This document shows positions 8,035 through 17,642 of a DNA stretch of 64,000 nucleotides, in pieces. The translations under genes and the position numbers were made by a program. The notes under the pieces are model-generated. The model searched no databases and was not told the DNA's origin. It saw only the letters and a list, made by a program, of their open reading frames with translations. Source of the stretch: Candidatus Pacearchaeota archaeon (GTDB lineage Archaea > Nanobdellota > Nanobdellia > Pacearchaeales > GW2011-AR1); the NCBI GenBank assembly GCA_050303855.1, contig JBNLCO010000006.1, positions 1,820-65,819 of the forward strand, written 5' to 3'. Within the stretch, counting starts at the first letter, position 1; each line of letters opens with the position of its first letter.

Positions 8035-9753
8035 ATGTTATACAAAAAACTAGCAGATTTGTATGAAGAACTGAATTCTACAACAAAACGTCTTGAAAAA
8101 ATAGAAATATTATCTAAATTCCTTAAAGAATTATCATTAGAAGATAAAGAATTAATGTATTTATTAGAAGGAGACATTTATCCCGAATATGATGAAAGAA
8201 GAATTGGGATATCAAACCAACTTGCAATAAAGGCAATTTCAAAGTCAACAGGAACAGATGCAAAAAAGGTAATGCAAGAATGGAAGAAAATAGGAGACAT
8301 AGGAAAAGTTGCAGAAAAACTAGCAAGCTCAAAAAAACAATCAACTTTAACCACTAGTTCAAAACTAACAGTAGAAAAAGTTTTAGAAAATCTAAGGAAA
8401 CTCCCTGAGCTTGAAGGGAAAGGAACGATAAACAAGAAATTATCCCTTATAACAGAATTACTTTCTTCTGCAAGTCCAATAGAATCATTATACCTTACAA
8501 GAACACTAATAGGAGATTTAAGAATAGGTACAAAAGAATCAACAATCCGGGAATCTCTAGCAAAAGCGTTTTTCTTAAAAGATCAAAAAGAGGCTGCACG
8601 GCAAATACAAGAAGCAATAGATAAATCCAATGATCTGGCTCTAGTATTTGAAGCATCCAAAAAAAAGGATTTCAAAGACCTAGACAAAATCTCTCTTCAA
8701 ATAGGAAAACCGATAAAAGCTATGCTTGCACAAAAAGCCAAATCTGTTGAAGGCGGTTTCAAATCAGTTGGAAAACCTTGTGCAATAGAGTACAAATATG
8801 ACGGGTTTAGATTAATAATTCACAAAGACAAAAAAAATGTAATTCTATTCACACGTAGACTAGAAAACGTAACAAAGCAGTTCCCAGAAGTTAAAGAATT
8901 TATATTAAAATATGTTAAAGCAGATTCAATAATTCTTGATTCAGAAGCAGTAGGATACAACAAAAAAACAAAAGTATATACTCCATTCCAAGCAATCTCT
9001 CAAAGAATTAGAAGAAAATATGATATAGAAAAAATGCAAAAAGAACTACCAGTAGAAGTAAACATATTTGATGTTTTGTACTACAATGGAAAGTCAATGT
9101 TAAATGAACCATTCAAAAAACGTTCCGAATTAATAAGAAAAATAATATCTCCTAACAAATACAAAATTGTTTATTCAAAACAGATAATAACTTCTGATGA
9201 AAACAAAGCAAAAGAATTCTATAAAAAAGCTCTAAAAGATAATCAAGAGGGTGTTATGTTCAAAAACCTAGAGGCAAGATATCAGCCAGGATCAAGAGTT
9301 GGACATATGTTAAAATTAAAACCTTCAGAAAGAGACTTGGATTTAGTAATAACCGGAGCAGAATACGGAACTGGAAAAAGATCTGGTTGGCTAAGTAGCT
9401 TCATCTTATCCTGTCGTGGAAAAAAACCTTCAGAATATCTAGAAATAGGAAAGGTAGGAACAGGGATAAAAGAAAAAGCTGAACAAGGAGAAGTAAACTT
9501 TGATAAGTTAAATGAATTATTGAAACCACTAATAATTTCTGAAAAAGGCAAAACTGCATCAATAAAGCCAAGAGTCATTGTATCAGTTACCTACCAAGAA
9601 ATCCAACACTCTCCGAACTACAATTCAGGATGGGCACTAAGATTCCCAAGAATAACTGCTCTAAGAAATGATAAGCCTTTGTCCGAAATTGCAGATCTAA
9701 AGGAAATAGAAAAAGACTTCCAAAATCAGAAAAGAAATTGGCAGTACGGATAA
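8035..9753 (+). CDS. lig: ATP-dependent DNA ligase.
   Basis: Motif I KxDG (AIEYKYDGFRLIIH), the EAVGY adenylation-domain motif and an OB-fold region. The 572-aa length is typical for archaeal Lig. Confidence 0.85.
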   Translation: MLYKKLADLYEELNSTTKRLEKIEILSKFLKELSLEDKELMYLLEGDIYPEYDERRIGISNQLAIKAISKSTGTDAKKVMQEWKKIGDIGKVAEKLASSKKQSTLTTSSKLTVEKVLENLRKLPELEGKGTINKKLSLITELLSSASPIESLYLTRTLIGDLRIGTKESTIRESLAKAFFLKDQKEAARQIQEAIDKSNDLALVFEASKKKDFKDLDKISLQIGKPIKAMLAQKAKSVEGGFKSVGKPCAIEYKYDGFRLIIHKDKKNVILFTRRLENVTKQFPEVKEFILKYVKADSIILDSEAVGYNKKTKVYTPFQAISQRIRRKYDIEKMQKELPVEVNIFDVLYYNGKSMLNEPFKKRSELIRKIISPNKYKIVYSKQIITSDENKAKEFYKKALKDNQEGVMFKNLEARYQPGSRVGHMLKLKPSERDLDLVITGAEYGTGKRSGWLSSFILSCRGKKPSEYLEIGKVGTGIKEKAEQGEVNFDKLNELLKPLIISEKGKTASIKPRVIVSVTYQEIQHSPNYNSGWALRFPRITALRNDKPLSEIADLKEIEKDFQNQKRNWQYG

Positions 9754-9783
9754 ATTTTTAAAATAGATTAGTTCGCTTTCTTA

Positions 9784-10155
9784 ATGAAAGACTTAGAAAT
9801 AAAGTTAACAAAAGGCAAAGGTAGAGGGGTCTTCACAAAAACAGGATTTGATTTAAACGAAACAATAGAAGTCTGCCCACTCATAATCTTACCTGAAGAA
9901 CAAAAAGAAGAGTTAGACAAAACCGAATTATACAATTACTATTTTGAACTTGAAGAAGGATCAGTTGCAATAGCATTAGGATATGGATCATTATACAATC
10001 ATTCGAATAGGAAACCTAATGCAAAATATATTTTAGATAAAGAAAACCAAAATTTGATAATAAAAAGTATAAGACGGGCAAAACCCGGAGAAGAAGTAAC
10101 AATTAATTACAACGGAAAACCAAAAGATAGCTCAAAAGTGTGGTTTGAATCGTAA
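9784..10155 (+). CDS. SET-domain protein (putative lysine methyltransferase).
   Basis: GKGRGVF N-terminal motif, GSLYNHSNRKPNA (NHS motif) and EEVTINY (the ELxFDY equivalent). The 123-aa size matches minimal archaeal SET proteins. Confidence 0.6.
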   Translation: MKDLEIKLTKGKGRGVFTKTGFDLNETIEVCPLIILPEEQKEELDKTELYNYYFELEEGSVAIALGYGSLYNHSNRKPNAKYILDKENQNLIIKSIRRAKPGEEVTINYNGKPKDSSKVWFES

Positions 10156-10219
10156 TAAAGTTCCGACGAACACCTTAAAAAGCTTTATAAAGGAAAAATT
10201 TCTCTATTTATAAAGGAAA

Positions 10220-10786
10220 ATGGCAGCAAAGAAATCAAAAGAGTCCTCATATAAAATTCAGAACATTGTTGCAACTGCTTCTTTAGGGAAACCAGTTCCA
10301 CTAACAAAACTTGCTAGAACTCAACCAAACACAGAATATAATCCGGAAACTTTCCCTGGGCTAGTATTAAGAGTTAAAGAGCCAAAATCAGCAGTATTGG
10401 TATTCTCTTCAGGAAACCTTGTTTGTACTGGAACTAAATCAACAACACAAGTCCGTCAAGTAATAGATGCAGTAATAAAACAGCTTAAGAAGATCAACAT
10501 AAACATTACAACAGTTCCAAAAATAACTGTTCAAAATATTGTAGCTTCTGGAACAATAGATCTCAAACTTAATCTAAACTTCCTAGCTCTAGAAATGGAA
10601 AACACAGAATACGAGCCAGAACAATTTCCCGGATTGGTTTACAAATTAATTGAGCCAACTGCAACATTCCTTTTATTCAGTAATGGTAAGCTTGTTTGTA
10701 CCGGGACAAAGAACAAACAACAGCTAGAAGATTCTATGGAACAGCTTCTTAAGAATGTTAAAGAAGCTCTAAAGAACTACAAGTAA
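10220..10786 (+). CDS. tbp: TATA-box binding protein.
   Basis: Two direct repeats, IQNIVATASLG...FPGLVLR...AVLVFSSGNLVCTGTKS and VQNIVASGTIDL...FPGLVYKL...TFLLFSNGKLVCTGTKN, are the classic TBP fold repeats. Confidence 0.9.
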   Translation: MAAKKSKESSYKIQNIVATASLGKPVPLTKLARTQPNTEYNPETFPGLVLRVKEPKSAVLVFSSGNLVCTGTKSTTQVRQVIDAVIKQLKKININITTVPKITVQNIVASGTIDLKLNLNFLALEMENTEYEPEQFPGLVYKLIEPTATFLLFSNGKLVCTGTKNKQQLEDSMEQLLKNVKEALKNYK

Positions 10787-10792
10787 ATTAAG

Positions 10793-11020
10793 ATGAAAAC
10801 AAGATATATAATATTAATAATTATATTGGGACTGTTGTTAATTTCCATACCTTTTTTAATTGGAGGGATTAAAATATACAAAAATATTGAAGAAAAAGCT
10901 AATTGTGCAAAGGAAGATCAATATTTCTCAATGAATTCAGATTTAGTTTGTTGTGGAGACACAAAAGAAGAAACAGTGACAATCTCCGGTCAACAAGTAA
11001 AGGTTTGCAGAAGCCCCTAG
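10793..11020 (+). CDS. Small secreted/membrane-anchored Cys-containing protein, 75 aa.
   Basis: N-terminal hydrophobic helix followed by a Cys-rich tail (CAKED...CCGD...C). Confidence 0.35.
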   Translation: MKTRYIILIIILGLLLISIPFLIGGIKIYKNIEEKANCAKEDQYFSMNSDLVCCGDTKEETVTISGQQVKVCRSP

Positions 11021-11086
11021 TATTTTTCCAAAAAGAGGTGATACCTCAATCAAAAACTATTTAACCAATTTTACCCCTAAATAAAT

Positions 11087-11602
11087 ATGATAAAGATAAT
11101 TGTTGACAAACTTGCAAGAATAACTAAAAACAGAAAAAAGTTAGAAGAACTCTTAGAAGTCAAAGTAACCAATAGAGGAACAGAAGTCTATCTCGAAGGA
11201 TCTCCTGAAAACGAATATATTGCAGAAAAAGTAATTATGGCCTTAGATTTTGGATTCCCCTATTCCACAGTATCAGAACTAAAAACAGAAGATTTAGTGT
11301 TCGAAACACTTAACATAAAAGAATATAGCAATCAAAAGAACCTCCAAAGAGTAAGAGGTAGAATCATTGGAAAGGGGGGAAAAGTCCTAAAAACAATCTC
11401 AGATTTATCTAATTGCTATCTAGAAATAAAAGATAACAACATAGGAATAATAGGAGAGCCAGAATTCATAAAGAACGCTCAAGAAGCAATAATCTCAATA
11501 GTAAAGGGTTCTAAAATAGGAAATGTATATGCCCACCTCGAAAAGCATCAACCAAAGCCCCTAGGAGACCTCGGATTAAAGAAAAAAGAAAAGAACGCCT
11601 AA
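11087..11602 (+). CDS. KH-domain RNA-binding protein (archaeal Dim2/Pno1-like).
   Basis: GRIIGKGGK is the GxxG KH motif. Two KH-like segments and the 171-aa size fit aDim2/Pno1 homologues. Confidence 0.6.
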   Translation: MIKIIVDKLARITKNRKKLEELLEVKVTNRGTEVYLEGSPENEYIAEKVIMALDFGFPYSTVSELKTEDLVFETLNIKEYSNQKNLQRVRGRIIGKGGKVLKTISDLSNCYLEIKDNNIGIIGEPEFIKNAQEAIISIVKGSKIGNVYAHLEKHQPKPLGDLGLKKKEKNA

Positions 11603-11648
11603 GAGTGGACATAGAAACTTATAAATACTTTATAGATATTAAAAATAA

Positions 11649-12710
11649 ATGATTTCTATAAAGAAAAAATGGAGAGAGTTGCCGAAAGAAGAAAGATTAA
11701 ATATTCCTGAAAAAGAATTCAAAATATCTTCATCAAAAATAGAAAACATTAGGAAAATAAAAGACCCAAAAACAAGATTAATTGAAGCTGCAAGAATACA
11801 ATATGAAAAGTTTAGACAAATAAATTCTTACATAACAACTTGGATTGCAGGATACGGGAGTGATGTAGTAATAAGACAAAAATTTGGATCTACAAAAAAT
11901 CTTTACAAAATCTTCTTTAAAGATATTGAACATCATTCAGAAGTACATCTTTCTTGGCCAGACATAAAGAGAAGAGTAAGAATACCAAAAGAAATAACAG
12001 GAGATCTAGCGGAAGAGGTAGGAATACATATAGGAGACGGAAATCTGCAAAATGCACCAAGAAAAGATGGAATAAAATATTATGTTTACACAATTACTGG
12101 AGATTTAAAAGATGAAGAAATATATCACAAAAAGCATCTCAAAGAATTATTACATAAGATTTATGGAATAAAACCAACAATTATAGAAAGACCATCAAAA
12201 AATTCCATTGAAACAAGAATTAAGTCCAGAGCCGTGACAGAATTTAAAAAGAATATTCTAAAATTAGATTCTGGAAACAAGAAAAAAATAAAAATTCCTG
12301 GAGAAATAATGAAAAACAAAGAGTTATCAAAAAGATGTGCTGCAGGGATTATTGATACCGATTTTAGTATAACAAGTTCGATAGCAATCACAGGAAAATT
12401 AGCAAGTTTTACTATTCTTGACCAACTAGCAGAAATATTCACAAAAAACAAAATCAAGTTTAAACTAACAAAATATAAAGGATACGGAAGATTCTACATC
12501 AACAAAAAAGGAGCAATAGAAATAATAAATAAATGGAAATTAAACAATATAAAACACCTTTCAAAATATGAATGTTACATAAAATTTAGAAATACTTTCC
12601 CAAATTCAAAAACAACAGAACGAATAGCATTAATTAAAGGAAAAATAGGTCATCAAGACCTACTAGAAATATGTAATAAAAGAAGGAAATACGCCCCAGG
12701 CAGGACTTGA
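11649..12710 (+). CDS. Free-standing two-motif LAGLIDADG-family homing-endonuclease-like protein.
   Basis: Two LAGLIDADG-type motifs: AEEVGIHIGDGNL and AAGIIDTDFSI. The 3' end overlaps tRNA-Asn on the opposite strand. It is paralogous to the ORFs at 43811-44650 and 53707-54444. Confidence 0.6.
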   Translation: MISIKKKWRELPKEERLNIPEKEFKISSSKIENIRKIKDPKTRLIEAARIQYEKFRQINSYITTWIAGYGSDVVIRQKFGSTKNLYKIFFKDIEHHSEVHLSWPDIKRRVRIPKEITGDLAEEVGIHIGDGNLQNAPRKDGIKYYVYTITGDLKDEEIYHKKHLKELLHKIYGIKPTIIERPSKNSIETRIKSRAVTEFKKNILKLDSGNKKKIKIPGEIMKNKELSKRCAAGIIDTDFSITSSIAITGKLASFTILDQLAEIFTKNKIKFKLTKYKGYGRFYINKKGAIEIINKWKLNNIKHLSKYECYIKFRNTFPNSKTTERIALIKGKIGHQDLLEICNKRRKYAPGRT

Positions 12711-12779
12711 ACCTGCGACCTAACGGTATCTGTTTGGGAAATAACAGCCGTTCGCTCTAACCAACTGAGCTACCAGGGC
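12692..12779 (-). tRNA. tRNA-Asn (anticodon GTT) with a 14-nt intron at the canonical 37/38 position.
   Basis: Minus strand. Acceptor GCCCTGG/CTGGGGC. D-arm GCTC-AGTTGGTTA-GAGC. Anticodon stem AACGG/CCGTT. Loop CTGTTA, then intron TTTCCCAAACAGAT, then A. T-arm GCAGG-TTCAAGT-CCTGC. The intron pairs with the anticodon (CTGTT/AACAG), consistent with a BHB motif. Confidence 0.8.
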
Positions 12780-12854
12780 ATTAAATCTGAAGATAATTTT
12801 CTTATTTAAAGGTTTTCCCCCAAACTTTTTAACTCAAATTTTACTAACAATTCT

Positions 12855-13979
12855 ATGAAATCTCAAACAAAAAAACAAAAAGTTCTTCTAGCAATGTCTG
12901 GAGGAGTAGATTCCTCAATAGCTGCGCTAATACTAAAAAAACAAGGGTATGAAGTTATAGGTGCATTCATGAAGAATTGGTCAGATACAAAAGACCCTCT
13001 AACTGGGATATGTGCCTGGCGTGGAGAGAGAAAAATGGCAATAAAAATCGCTTCTAAATTAAACATTCCCCTAATAACCCTTGATTTTGAAAAAATCTAC
13101 AGAAAAGACGTTATTGAAAAAATGTTTGAAAAATACAAAAAAGGAATTACACCAAATCCAGATATAGATTGTAACCAAAAAATAAAATTCCCTTTATTAC
13201 TAAAAGAAGCAAAGAAACGTAAAATAGATATTATTGCTACAGGGCATTATGCCCGAGTCAAACAAAATCCTAAGACGAAGAAATACGAATTATATAGAGG
13301 TTTGGATGAATCAAAAGATCAATCGTATTTCCTATATAGAACCAAAGAATCTGAATTAAGGCACACATTATTTCCAATAGGCAACTATACAAAAAAACAA
13401 ATCCGAGAAATAGCAGAAAAGAATCATTTTCCAAATTACAATAAAAAAGGAACAGTAGGAATTTGTTTCATAGGGAAAATAAATTTCAAAGATTTCCTTA
13501 GAAAAAAGATCCCCCCTAAACCAGGAAAAATATTAGATCCTGAAGGAAACATTATAGGAAAACATGATGGAATATTTTATTACACAATAGGTGAAAGACT
13601 TGGCCCAAGATACGGATTTGAAGTAGAAAGACAAAAGAATTCTCATGAAAAAATTGAAAGATGGTACGTAGCAAGGAAGGACATAAAGAAAAATACAATC
13701 ATTGCAGCACCAAAAGACCATCTTTTAAATTTCCGTAAAAATATAATTGTAAAGAATTTCTATTTAATATCCGATAAGAAAACAACTTTTGAGAAGAAAA
13801 AAACAAAAGTCTTATCTAGAATAAGGCATGTTGGAGAATTACTTCCAAGCATATTGGAATACAAAAATAAAAAATGGAAGATCACACTTAAAGAATCAAT
13901 AACAGGGGTATCTGAAGGACAAGCTGTTGTTTTATACCAAGGAGAGAAATGTATTGGTGGAGGAGAAATCTCCTTTTGA
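12855..13979 (+). CDS. mnmA: tRNA-specific 2-thiouridylase MnmA/TrmU family.
   Basis: PP-loop SGGVDSS near the N-terminus. Overall MnmA length and downstream conserved blocks (DxxxGHYAR). Confidence 0.75.
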   Translation: MKSQTKKQKVLLAMSGGVDSSIAALILKKQGYEVIGAFMKNWSDTKDPLTGICAWRGERKMAIKIASKLNIPLITLDFEKIYRKDVIEKMFEKYKKGITPNPDIDCNQKIKFPLLLKEAKKRKIDIIATGHYARVKQNPKTKKYELYRGLDESKDQSYFLYRTKESELRHTLFPIGNYTKKQIREIAEKNHFPNYNKKGTVGICFIGKINFKDFLRKKIPPKPGKILDPEGNIIGKHDGIFYYTIGERLGPRYGFEVERQKNSHEKIERWYVARKDIKKNTIIAAPKDHLLNFRKNIIVKNFYLISDKKTTFEKKKTKVLSRIRHVGELLPSILEYKNKKWKITLKESITGVSEGQAVVLYQGEKCIGGGEISF

Positions 13980-14013
13980 TTAAATTTAAATAAGTGCTTT
14001 TCTTAAAACAAAC

Positions 14014-14565
14014 ATGCTAGACAAACTAATCAAATCAAGAAGGTCCATAAAAAAATACAAATCAAAAACTCCTGATTGGAGGGTAATAATTGAATGTATT
14101 GATTCCATGAGGCATGCTCCAATGGCCGGTGGAAATTATTCCATAAAAACCATTTTAATTGACGATCCAGAAATAATAGAAGAAATTGCAAAACATTCAG
14201 AACAACAATTCATAAAAAATGCTCAATATGTTGTCGCGGTCTGTTCAAAAGAAGGAAGAACAAAAATATCTTTTGGAGATAGAGCAGAAAAATACCTAAG
14301 ACAACAAGCAGGAGCAGCAATACAAAATTTCTTATTAAGCCTTGAAAACTCAAAATTATCTACTTGTTGGGTCGGGCACTTCTATGACGACAAAATAAAA
14401 AGACTCCTTAAAATCCCTGAAGACACAGAATTAGAAGCAATTTTCCCAATTGGCTATGCGAATGAAAAACCAAAAAAGAAATCAATTCCAGATTTAGACT
14501 CAAACATTTTCTTCAACAAATATGGAAACACAAAAATGCAGTCTCCAGATAAATTAAGTGCATAA
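14014..14565 (+). CDS. Nitroreductase-family protein.
   Basis: RRSIKKY...HAPMAGGNYS and the 183-aa length are typical of the NADH/FMN nitroreductase fold. Confidence 0.6.
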   Translation: MLDKLIKSRRSIKKYKSKTPDWRVIIECIDSMRHAPMAGGNYSIKTILIDDPEIIEEIAKHSEQQFIKNAQYVVAVCSKEGRTKISFGDRAEKYLRQQAGAAIQNFLLSLENSKLSTCWVGHFYDDKIKRLLKIPEDTELEAIFPIGYANEKPKKKSIPDLDSNIFFNKYGNTKMQSPDKLSA

Positions 14566-14680
14566 AAATTCCCCTCAATTTCTCAAGGGGAATCAAAATA
14601 AAAAAATAAAAAATTCTTTGAAGCATTAGCCTTAAGCGTAACTTAAGGGAAGCTTAAAAAAGAAACCGTTAGGTGTCTTT

Positions 14681-15760
14681 TTATCTCCAAACTTCAATAC
14701 CTAAGTCGGACATTTCCTTTCCAACTGGTTTTGAATATTCTTCAACTTCTCTTCCAAGAACATATGGAGATTTAACACCTGTCATAATTGTAATAACTCT
14801 AACCTTTCCGGCAAAGTCTTTACTAATTCTAGCACCAATTATAACATTAGCTTCAGGACTTAAGTTTTCTGAAACAGTTCTACTTATAACATCAAACTCT
14901 TCTAATTTTAAGTCAGGTCCACAAGTAATATGTATAAGTGCACCGCTAGCTCCTTTATAATCCACATCAAGTAGAGGATTGGTAAGTGCTTGTTGTACAG
15001 CTTCTACAACTTTATTTTGTGTATCTGCCTCTCCAATACCTATAACTGAAACTCCGCCATTCTTCATAATAGCAGAAACGTCTGCATAGTCCAAATTAAT
15101 TAAACTAGGCAAAGTAATAGTTTCAACAATACCTTTTATCATAGTTGAAACTAATTCGTTAGCAACAGCAAAGGCTTGTTCGATAGGTAATTGTCCTGCA
15201 ATGTCAACCAACTTGTTGTTATCTAAAACAATACAAGTATCAGTTACTTCTCTAAGTTCTTGCAAACCAAACTCAGCTTTGTCTATTCTTGCTTTTTCGG
15301 ATTCAAAAGGCATTGTAACAACTCCGATTACAACAGCTCCTGATTCTTTAGCAACTTGTGCAACAACAGGAGCAGCACCTGTACCAGTTCCACCACCCAT
15401 ACCTGCAAGAACGAAAACCATATCAGCACCACCAACAGCTTTTTTAACATCAGTCAATGCTTCTTTTGCGGCTTCCCTTCCAACATTAGGTTTTCCACCA
15501 GCACCAAGACCTCTTGTATGTTCCTTACCAATAAGAATCTTCTCATCAGCTTTAGTAACACTCAAATGAAGAGCGTCTGTATTTGCAGCATAAACAGTAG
15601 CACCATTTATACCTTTATTGAAAAGCCAAGTTATCATATTAGCTCCACATCCACCACATCCTACAACTTTAATGTTAGCTTTTCCAGCTTTCAACTCATC
15701 AAAGTTAATACTATGGGATTCAGCGTTCTGTATTGCCTCTTTTGCAAAATCTAATACCAT
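14681..15760 (-). CDS. ftsZ: Cell division GTPase FtsZ.
   Basis: Tubulin signature GGGTGTGAAPVVA, N-terminal GCGGCGANM-type GTP-binding region and a C-terminal variable tail. Confidence 0.9.
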   Translation of the reverse strand: MVLDFAKEAIQNAESHSINFDELKAGKANIKVVGCGGCGANMITWLFNKGINGATVYAANTDALHLSVTKADEKILIGKEHTRGLGAGGKPNVGREAAKEALTDVKKAVGGADMVFVLAGMGGGTGTGAAPVVAQVAKESGAVVIGVVTMPFESEKARIDKAEFGLQELREVTDTCIVLDNNKLVDIAGQLPIEQAFAVANELVSTMIKGIVETITLPSLINLDYADVSAIMKNGGVSVIGIGEADTQNKVVEAVQQALTNPLLDVDYKGASGALIHITCGPDLKLEEFDVISRTVSENLSPEANVIIGARISKDFAGKVRVITIMTGVKSPYVLGREVEEYSKPVGKEMSDLGIEVWR

Positions 15761-15869
15761 CTCTTTTTACCTCCTTTCAAATTATATTTTTTATTTGCTA
15801 AGCAAATTCTCATAGAAAAAACAGCCCATCCTTATTTATAAGAATTATGTCGTTAGAAAATAGGGATTT

Positions 15870-16901
15870 TTACAATTCTTTAAGAAATCTCTCCTTAAAC
15901 TCTTCCAAATATTTCTTGGGAAAACTAGCTGCAGAGGCTTTTGGATGCCCCCCCGCAGATGCATCTTCAAAACCTTCAACACATTTCTTTAACAAAACAC
16001 CCAAATCGACATTCACAGACTGAACCCTCCCAGAAAGCTTCACAAATCCCTCCCTAGATGAATCTGCAGCCATAATAAAAACCTCATCGGGGTGTTCATG
16101 AGAAATCTTAGAGATTACTTTAGACAGCATACCAAACTTAGGGTTAATATAACCAAAATAAAGGTTCTTTTCAGGGAAATATTCTGCCTCCGAAAGGTAA
16201 GTAACTTCTGCATCAAGTGCAGCTTCTTCAACCTCTCCACTAACGGATTCTAAAGAAATTAAGTCCTTTTTAAGAACCAAGTCATAAACTTTCTTAAAAT
16301 CCGGCTTGTAATAAATTAGAGCATTATCAATTGTCAATCCATTCCTTCCAGGAATAGACTCATAAATGTCATCTTTATTTACCTCCGGATAAAAACTCTT
16401 CAAAAAACTCCACACCTCCTCGTTATTATAGGTATAATCCGTAATAACTGCCGAACAGACCAACCAAGACAATTCTTCAATATCAAAATAATCCTTAGCT
16501 AAATCAAAAAGGGCATGAGCAGAACAATACTGTCCTTCAGTTTTTATAATCAATTTTCTATCTTTCAGTTCTTCATTCAAAGGGTGATGATCAAAGACCA
16601 AGACTTCTCCCTTTTCCCTCAAAAGATTCAATATATCTAAATCCTCATCAACCTTCCAATCAGTAAAGAATAATTTATCATAATCTCTTCTAAAATAAAA
16701 TTCTTCCAAGACACCGGCGCCATAATTCAAAAATTCAATAAAATTAATTTCAATATTTCGGGATTCCAAAATCTTTTGTAAAAACAATCCTGAAACCAAA
16801 CCATCAACATCTGTGTGGGTAACAACCCCAACTTTATCTCCTTCTTTAATGGAATTAACAAAATTATGAAAGTCGTCAGGAGAGCCTAAGAGATATTTCA
16901 T
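15870..16901 (-). CDS. DHH/DHHA1-family phosphoesterase (NrnA/RecJ-like).
   Basis: Motifs HTDVDG, DHHP and a C-terminal GGGH (DHHA1). Confidence 0.65.
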   Translation of the reverse strand: MKYLLGSPDDFHNFVNSIKEGDKVGVVTHTDVDGLVSGLFLQKILESRNIEINFIEFLNYGAGVLEEFYFRRDYDKLFFTDWKVDEDLDILNLLREKGEVLVFDHHPLNEELKDRKLIIKTEGQYCSAHALFDLAKDYFDIEELSWLVCSAVITDYTYNNEEVWSFLKSFYPEVNKDDIYESIPGRNGLTIDNALIYYKPDFKKVYDLVLKKDLISLESVSGEVEEAALDAEVTYLSEAEYFPEKNLYFGYINPKFGMLSKVISKISHEHPDEVFIMAADSSREGFVKLSGRVQSVNVDLGVLLKKCVEGFEDASAGGHPKASAASFPKKYLEEFKERFLKEL

Positions 16902-17581
16902 TCTTTCCTCAAAATCTCACACTTTATATTATTCTCTTCACAAAGTTCCTTAAACTCTTTAGCATCATCCTCAGAGCCAATGATGCTCCCCCAATGCATA
17001 GGAATAGCAACACTAGGCTTAATCAATTTAGCGGCCTCAGCGGCCTCCTCTACGTTCATAGTAAACCTTCCTCCAATAGGAAGTAAAGCAATAAACTCCT
17101 TTCCAGGTTGTTTATGGCCAGTAAGTCTTTGCATCTCAGGTACAAGATCACTATCTCCAGAATGATAAATAATAACATTATTCATCTTAATAACATAACC
17201 TACCCAACCTTCATCTTTAGGGTGAAAATGTTTATCAGTATTATAAGAGGGAATAGTTGAGATAGAAATTCCTCCAAGGTCCATTTCCTGCATAGGCTCA
17301 ATAATTTCGATTTTTATTGGAACTTTAAACCTAACAATTTTACTCTGACAATCCGCAGTGATAATAATTTTAGTGCCTTCCTTAACAATCTTCTCCAAGT
17401 CCGCAAAACTACAATGGTCATAATGGCTATGGGTTATCAAAATTATGTCTGCCTTATCCAAACCTTCCTTTATGTTATAAGGATCAATATAAATTACCTT
17501 TGAATTTTTAATCAAAAATCCCGAGTGACCAAGCCACTTTATTTCAATATTTCCAAAATTCATATAACAAAAAAACAACAA
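16898..17581 (-). CDS. MBL-fold metallo-hydrolase.
   Basis: HSHYDH metal-binding motif, 227 aa. Overlaps the downstream DHH gene by 4 nt, suggesting an operon. Confidence 0.65.
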   Translation of the reverse strand: MLFFCYMNFGNIEIKWLGHSGFLIKNSKVIYIDPYNIKEGLDKADIILITHSHYDHCSFADLEKIVKEGTKIIITADCQSKIVRFKVPIKIEIIEPMQEMDLGGISISTIPSYNTDKHFHPKDEGWVGYVIKMNNVIIYHSGDSDLVPEMQRLTGHKQPGKEFIALLPIGGRFTMNVEEAAEAAKLIKPSVAIPMHWGSIIGSEDDAKEFKELCEENNIKCEILRKE

Positions 17582-17642
17582 AGGTTTTTAAGGATTTTTA
17601 TAAAAAAATCCCAAAAAAGAAAATAGAAAAAAATAATAAAAA

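Noticed and set aside
15201-15815. Plus-strand ORFs antisense to ftsZ
   Set aside because: These are Ser/Thr/Pro-rich antisense translations of the GC-richer FtsZ coding region. They have no start or RBS support.
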